From assembly GCA_964016885.1 (NCBI GenBank), contig OZ024740.1, positions 203,856,001-203,920,000 of the forward strand: 64,000 nt of DNA, written 5' to 3'. The notes under the pieces are model-generated. The model made no database searches. It was not told where the DNA came from and saw only the letters and a list, made by a program, of their open reading frames with translations. Positions 57,978 to 64,000 of this stretch are shown piece after piece. The position numbers were made by a program, and so were the translations under genes. Position 1 is the stretch's first letter. Each line of letters opens with the position of its first letter. The DNA is from Eledone cirrhosa (Eukaryota).

Positions 57978-58580
57978 ATAATAGTATTTGAATATAGCTT
58001 TGATTATTGTGTAATTTATCATTTATATTCCTGCTCTCTAAAACATCTGATGCATTTACATTGAGCTATTTTTCATACTGGTAATAAGGTAGTAATGAAT
58101 TACTGTCCTTTCCTGTTTATAGTTGTATATAGTGTATATATAACTATAAATAATATTATTATTATTATTAATATATATATATATATATATATATGTAAAA
58201 AGGAAAAGAAAATGCTGACAAATATTTCCCAGTGAAAAATAGTTTAATTAGGAATAAGTATAAATTAGTAATAAGTATTAGTTAGTATTCAGTTTTAGTT
58301 TTAAGTTTTTACCGGTTGCGCATTTCTTATGCTTTTCAAAAATAATTTTGAGATAGAGTGCTCGTTATAACGAGACTCTATCTCAAAATTATTTTTGAAA
58401 AGCATAAGAAATGCGCAACCGGTAAAAACTTAAAACTAAAACTGAATACTAACTAATACTTATTACTAATTTATACTTATTCCTAATTAAACTATTTTTC
58501 ACTGGGAAATATTTGTCAGCATTTTCTTTTCCTTTTTACTAATATATCACAATTCGTGTGTCACACCTCTATTTTTTTAA

Positions 58581-58613
<33 letters not shown>

Positions 58614-58623
58614 CATACATACA

Positions 58624-58676
<53 letters not shown>

Positions 58677-58678
<2 letters not shown>

Positions 58679-58917
58679 CTTTAATCTGTTATTTTAATAT
58701 ATATATATATATTAAAATAACAGATTAAAGTTTAAGCAAAGAATCGCTGCTTTCACCTTTAACGGGATCTTCTGAAGAAGATCCCGTTAAAGGTGAAAGC
58801 AGCGATTCTTTGCTTAAACTTTAATCTGTTATTTTAATAAATATCTGCTCTACGGTTCTTATATATTTGATATATATTTATCCTCTTGGATTTTAGTCTT
58901 CAAATTTATTATTACTA
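58677..58917. repeat. Family A palindrome plus tail
   Basis: ATTAAAATAACAG...GGGATCTTCT|GA|AGAAGATCCC...CTGTTATTTTAAT then tail to TTATTATTAC. Confidence 0.87.
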
Positions 58918-59239
58918 TATATATATATACACACACACACACACATACGCAATCGTAAGAGTTCGATTTCCGGACCAGACAATGCATTATGTCCTTGAGC
59001 AAGACACTTTATTTCACGTTGCTCCTTCTGCCTGGATTTGCGACCTGTTGATAGTATTAGCAATTGAAAAGACCGATGGAAACGTTGTTTTCTCTGTCCG
59101 ATGTGACGAGGCCTGGTATCTTGTCGATCGACTGTTGATATGACTTAATGTCCACATCAATGGTGGTTGTCAAAATTGTTGAGAGAACTCTCTGGCTACT
59201 CTCCATTTGTACGAACCGGAGTATTCAACTGAAGTTTTA

Positions 59240-59565
59240 TTGGCAACATTGATAGAGCGTCGGACAATATACTTTGCGGCATAGAGTTACGACCCTTTAC
59301 AATCTGAGTTCAAATCTGGCTGAGGTAAGTTTTGCCTTTCATCCTTAAGGAGCCGATAAAATAAAGTACCAGTAATGCACTGAGGTCGATTCAATCGACT
59401 TCCCCCCCTCCCCCTTCTCAAAAATTGTTGGCCTTGCGCCTGATTCAGAAACCATTTTATTTATCTATCACACAATGCTGAAAAGTTGATCTCGGCGGGA
59501 TTTAAACTCACGGCGTAAAGAGCCGAAACAAATACCGCCAGGCAGTCTATCCGTCGTTCTAATGC
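59240..59565. mobile_element. Two SINE copies tail-to-tail (family of 1005-1375)
   Basis: GAGTTCAAAT...GCCTTTCATCCTT...GATAAAATAAAGTACCAG (+), then AAAGTTGATCTCGGCGGGATTT (-). Confidence 0.7.
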
Positions 59566-59905
59566 CCTGAAACAAAAGATCATTATATTTGAATTAGGTG
59601 GTGTAATGTAATTTCATTACAACTTCTATAAAATAACTGTTATAAAAGAAAAGAAAACCATCTCCAGAGAAACCCCTATGAGGGAACAATGAAATTATTA
59701 AATTGTTGAACATGTGAACAAAACGGAAAGAAGAGAAATGAAATATCGATTAGTTAACTTTATACAAATAGTGTTAATTAAATAACTATTGATTTAAAGG
59801 TTTAAGTTATACCTACAACTTAATTTCATAATGAATGGAGTTAATTAATCTAAAACATTTCAATTCTCTCTTATGTAATGGCAAACTATAAAAAGTTCGT
59901 TGTAC

Positions 59906-62900
59906 ATGTTAGCAATCGGTGGAGGTGGGTGGAGGTGTTAGTAACCAGCAGACGTGGGTGAAGGTGATAGCAATCGGTAGAGGTGGGTGGAGGTGTTAAC
60001 AATCGGTGGAAGTGGATGGAAGTGTTAGCAATTAGCAAAGGTGGGTGGAGGTGGGTGGAGGTGTTAGCAACCAGCAGAGGTGGGTGTAGGGTTTAGCAAT
60101 CGGCGGAGGTGGGTAGAGGTGTTAGCAATCAGCAGACGTGGGTGAAGGTGTTAGCAATCGGTGGAGGTGGGTGGAGGTGTTAACAATCGGTGGAAGTGGA
60201 TGGAAGTGTTAGCAATCAGCAAAGGTGGGTGGAGGTGGGTGGAGGTGTTAGCAATCAACAGAGGTGGGTGGAGGTGTTAGCAATCGGTGGAAGCGGATGG
60301 AGGTGTTAGCAATCAGCAGAGGTGGGTGGAGGTGTTAGCAATCGGTGAAGCTGGGTGGAGGTGTTAGCAATCAGCAGAGATGGATGGAGGTGTTAGCAAT
60401 CGGTGTCGGTGGGTGGAGGTGTTAGCAATCAGAAGAGGTGCGTGGAGGTGTTAGCAATTGGTGGAGCTGGTGGAGGTGTTAGCATTCGGTGAAGGTGGGT
60501 GGAGGTGTTAGCAATCAGCAGACGTGGGTGAAGGTGATAGCAATCGGTGGAGGTGGGTGGAGGTGTTAACAATCGGTGGAAGTGGATGGAAGTGTTAGCA
60601 ATCAGCAAAGGTGGGTGGAGGTGTTTGCAATTGGTAGAGGTGGGTGGAGGTGTTAGTAATCAGCAGAGGTGGGTGGAGGTGTTAGCAATCGGTGGAGGTG
60701 GGTGGAGGTGTTAGCAATCGGTGAAGCTGGGTGGAGGTGTTAGCAATCAGCAAAGATGGATGGAGGTGTTAACAATCGGTGTCGGTGGGTGGAGGTGTTA
60801 GCAATCAGCAAAGATGGATGGAGGTGTTAACAATTGGTGGAGGTGGGTGGAGATGTTAGCAATCGGTGGAGCTGGTGGAGGTGTTAGCATTCGGTGGAGG
60901 TGTTAGCATTTGGTGGAGGTAGGTGTAGGTGTTAGCAATCAGCAGAGGTGGGTGGAGGTTTTAGAAATCGGTGGAGGCGGGTGTACATGATAGCAATCGG
61001 TGGAGGTCGGTGGAGACGTTAACAATCTGTAGAGGGGGTGCAGGTGGTGGAGGTGGATGTAAACGTTAACAATCAGTAGAGGGTGTAGAGGTGGTGGAGG
61101 TGGGTGGAGACGTTTACAATCAGTAGCGGGGCACAGGTGGTTTAAGTGGGTATTAGTGGTGGAGATGGGTGTAGCTTTTAGCAATCGGTAGAGGTGGGTG
61201 TGCATGTTAGTAATCGGTAGAGGTGGGTATAAGTGGAGGTTTGTGAAGGTGTTAACAATCAGTAGAGGTGCGTGTAGACGTTAACAATCGGTGGAGGCGT
61301 GTGTAGGTGGTGGGTGGAGGTGTTAGCAATCGGTGGAGCTGGGTGAAGGTGTTAACAATTGGTTGAGGTGGGTTGAGGTGTTAGTAATCAGTAGAGGAGG
61401 ATGGAGGTGTTAGTAATCAGCATAGGTGGATAGAGGCGTTAGCAATCAGCAGAGGTGGAGGGAATGTTAGCAATCGGTAGAGGTGGATGGAGGCGGTAAC
61501 AATCAGCATAGGGGGATAAAGGTGTTAGCAATCGGTGGAGGTAGATGGAAGTGTTAGCAATCGGTGGAGCTGGGTGGAGGTGTTAACAATCGATGGAGGT
61601 CGGTGGAAGTGTTAGTAATCAGCAGAGATTGGTGGAGGTGTTAACAATCGATAGAGGTGGATGGAGGTGATAGCAATCGGCAGAGATGGATGGAGGTGTT
61701 AGCAATCAGCAGAGGTAGGTGGAGGTGTTAGCAATCGTTAGAGGTGGGTGGAGGTATTAGCAATCAGCAGAGGTGGGTGGAGGTGTTAGCAATCAGCAGA
61801 GTTGGGTGTAGGTGTTAGCAATCAGCAGCGGTGGATTGAAGTGTTAGTAATCAGCAGAGGTGGGTGGAGGTGTTAACAATCTGCAGAGGTGGATGGAGAT
61901 GTTAGCAATCGGTGGAGCTTGGTGGAGGCGTTAGCAATCGATATAGCTGGATGGAAGTGATATCAACCAGCAGTTGAGGTGTTAGCATTCGGTTGAAGTG
62001 TTAGCATTCGGTGGAGGTGGGTGGAGGTGTTAGCCATCAGCAGACGTGGGTGAAGGTGTTAGCAATCGGTGGAGGTGGGTGGAGGTGTTAACAATCGGTG
62101 GAAGTGGATGGAAGTGTTAGCAATCAGCAAAGGTGGGTGGAGGTGTTTGCAATTGGTGGAGGTGGGTGGAGGTGTTAGCAATCAGCAGAGGTGGATGGAG
62201 ATGTGAGAAATCGGTAGAGGTGGGTAGAGGTGATAACAATCGACAGAGGTGGAATGAGGTGTTAGCAATCGGTGGAGGTGGGTGTAGGTGTTAGCAATGA
62301 ACAGAGGTGGATTGAGGTGTTAGTAATCATCAGCAGAGGTGGATGGATATGTTAGCAAACGGTCGAGCTGGGTGGAGGTGTTAGCAATCACAGAGGTGGA
62401 TTTAGGTGTTAGCAATAAGCCGAATTGATTGGAGGTGTTAACAATCGGTAGAGGTGGGTGGAGGAGATAGAAATCGGCAGAGGTGGATGGAGGTATTAGC
62501 AATTGGTGGAGGTGGGTAGAGGTGTTAGCAACCAGCAGAGGTAGGTAGAGGTGTTCGTAATCAGCAGAGGTGGATGGAGATGTTAGCATTCGGTGGAGGT
62601 GGGGTTAGGTGTTGGCAATCGGTGGAGGTGGTTGGAGGTGTTAGCAGTCGGTGGATATGGGTGGAGGTCCTAGCAATAGGTGAAGGTGGTTTGAGGTGTT
62701 AGCAATCAGCAGAGGTGGATAGAGGTGTTAGCAATCTGCAGACGTGGGTGAAGGTGTTATCAATAGGTAGAGGTGGGTGGAGGTGCTAGCAATCGGTGGA
62801 AGTGTATGGAGGTGTTAGCAAACAGCAGAGGTGGGTGTAGGTGTTAGCAATCGGTGGAGGTGGTTGGAGGTGTTAGCAGTCGTTTGAGGTGGGTGTAGGC

Positions 62901-64000
62901 GTCAGCAATCAGCAGGGGTGGATTGAGGCGTTAGTAATCAGCAGAGGTGTATGGAGATGTTAACAATCGGTGGGGGTGGGTGGAATTTTAGCAATCGGTG
63001 GAGCTGGGTGGAAGTGTTAGCAATCGATAGAGGTGGATAGAGTGTCAGCAATCGGCGGAGATGGGTGGAGGTGTTAGCAATCGGCGGATGTGGATGGAGG
63101 CGTTAACAATCAGCAGAGGTATGGATGTGTTATCAATCGGTGGTGGTGGATGGAGGTTTTAGCAATCGGTACAGGTGGGTGGAGGTGACAACAATCGACA
63201 GAGGTGGAATGAGGTGTTAGCAATCGGTAAATGTGGGTATAAGTGGAGGTTTGTGAAGGTGTTAACAATCAGTAGAGGTGCGTGTTTACGTTAACAATCG
63301 GTGGAAGCGTGTGTAGGTGGTGGGTGGAGGTGTTAGCAATCAGTAGAGGATGATGGAGGTGTTAGCAATCAGCAGAGGTGGATAAAGGCGTTAGCAATTA
63401 GCAGAGGTGGATGGAGGTGTTAGCAATCGGTGGAGGTGGATGAAGTCGTTAGCAATCAGCATAGGGGGATAAAGGTGTTAGCAATCGGTGGAGGTAGATG
63501 GATGTGTTAGCAATCGATGGAGTTGGGTGGTGGTGTTAACAATCGATGGAGGTTGGTGGATGTGTAGTAATCAGCAGAGGTTGGTGGAGGTATTAACAAT
63601 CGATAGAGGTGGATGGAGGGGATAGCAATCGGCAGAGATGGATGGAGGTGTTAGCAATCAGAAGAGATGGATGGAGGTGTTAGCAATCGTTAGAGGTGGG
63701 TGGATGTGCTAGCAATCGGGGGAAGTGGATGGAGGTGTTAGCAATCAGCAGAGGTGGATGGAGGTGTTAGCAATCGGTGGAGGAGTTAGCAATCAGCAGA
63801 GGTGGGTGCAGGTATTAGCAATCAGCAGAGGTGGGTGGAGGTGTTAACAATCTGCAGAGGTGGATGGATATGTTAGCAATCGGTGGAGCTTGGTGGAGGC
63901 GTTAGCAATCGATATAGCTGGATGGAAGTGATATCAACCAGCAGTTGAGGTGTTAGCATTTGGTGAAGGTGGGTGGAGGTGTTAGCAATCAGCAGACGTG
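59906..64000. repeat. G-rich minisatellite, 29-bp unit GTTAGCAATC(GGTG/AGCA)GAGGTGGGTGGAGGT, running off the window
   Basis: More than 4 kb of diverged tandem copies with two main variants. Confidence 0.97.

Larger units (their letters stand above)
57082..58545. repeat. Nested inverted-repeat complex (family G) carrying two hammerheads
   Basis: ~57082-57520 inverted at ~57760-58361; ~58195-58360 inverted again at ~58373-58545. Confidence 0.82.

Noticed and set aside
60939-62589. Pro/Thr/His-rich ORFs in the terminal array (mucin-like)
   Set aside because: The 29-bp unit is not a multiple of three and frames are riddled with stops; non-coding minisatellite

Overview
AT-rich eukaryotic (animal) DNA made almost entirely of repeats, with no confidently identifiable host gene. 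The repeat content (huge (TA)n/(CA)n tracts, the tRNA-derived SINE types, an RTE LINE with C-terminal C2H2 fingers) suggests a cephalopod such as Octopus; this is inference. Recognisable elements: one nearly intact RTE-clade LINE (APE-RT-3xC2H2, 50.8-54.2 kb) plus decayed RTE copies; a full-length frameshifted mariner with ~105-bp TIRs; several Penelope-like (PLE) RT/GIY-YIG fragments; five CRE-like and one R4/Dong-like RLE fragments; hAT-like MITEs; a ~1.8-kb foldback; many SINEs; 20-bp and 29-bp minisatellites. The main hidden structure is that the (TA)n tracts host at least eight small repeat families carrying intact or decayed type-I hammerhead ribozymes (about 18 motifs read by eye). These sit as tandem monomers of 312, 485 and 562 nt, or as head-to-head inverted pairs whose breakpoints fall in or next to the ribozyme. 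This looks like a microsatellite-targeted Penelope/retrozyme (self-cleaving circRNA) system, including an unusual U10.1-U11.1 core variant. Nearly all 'YIYI/CVCV/HTHT' ORFs in the track are microsatellite artefacts. All motifs and coordinates were read manually and SINE/fragment boundaries are approximate.
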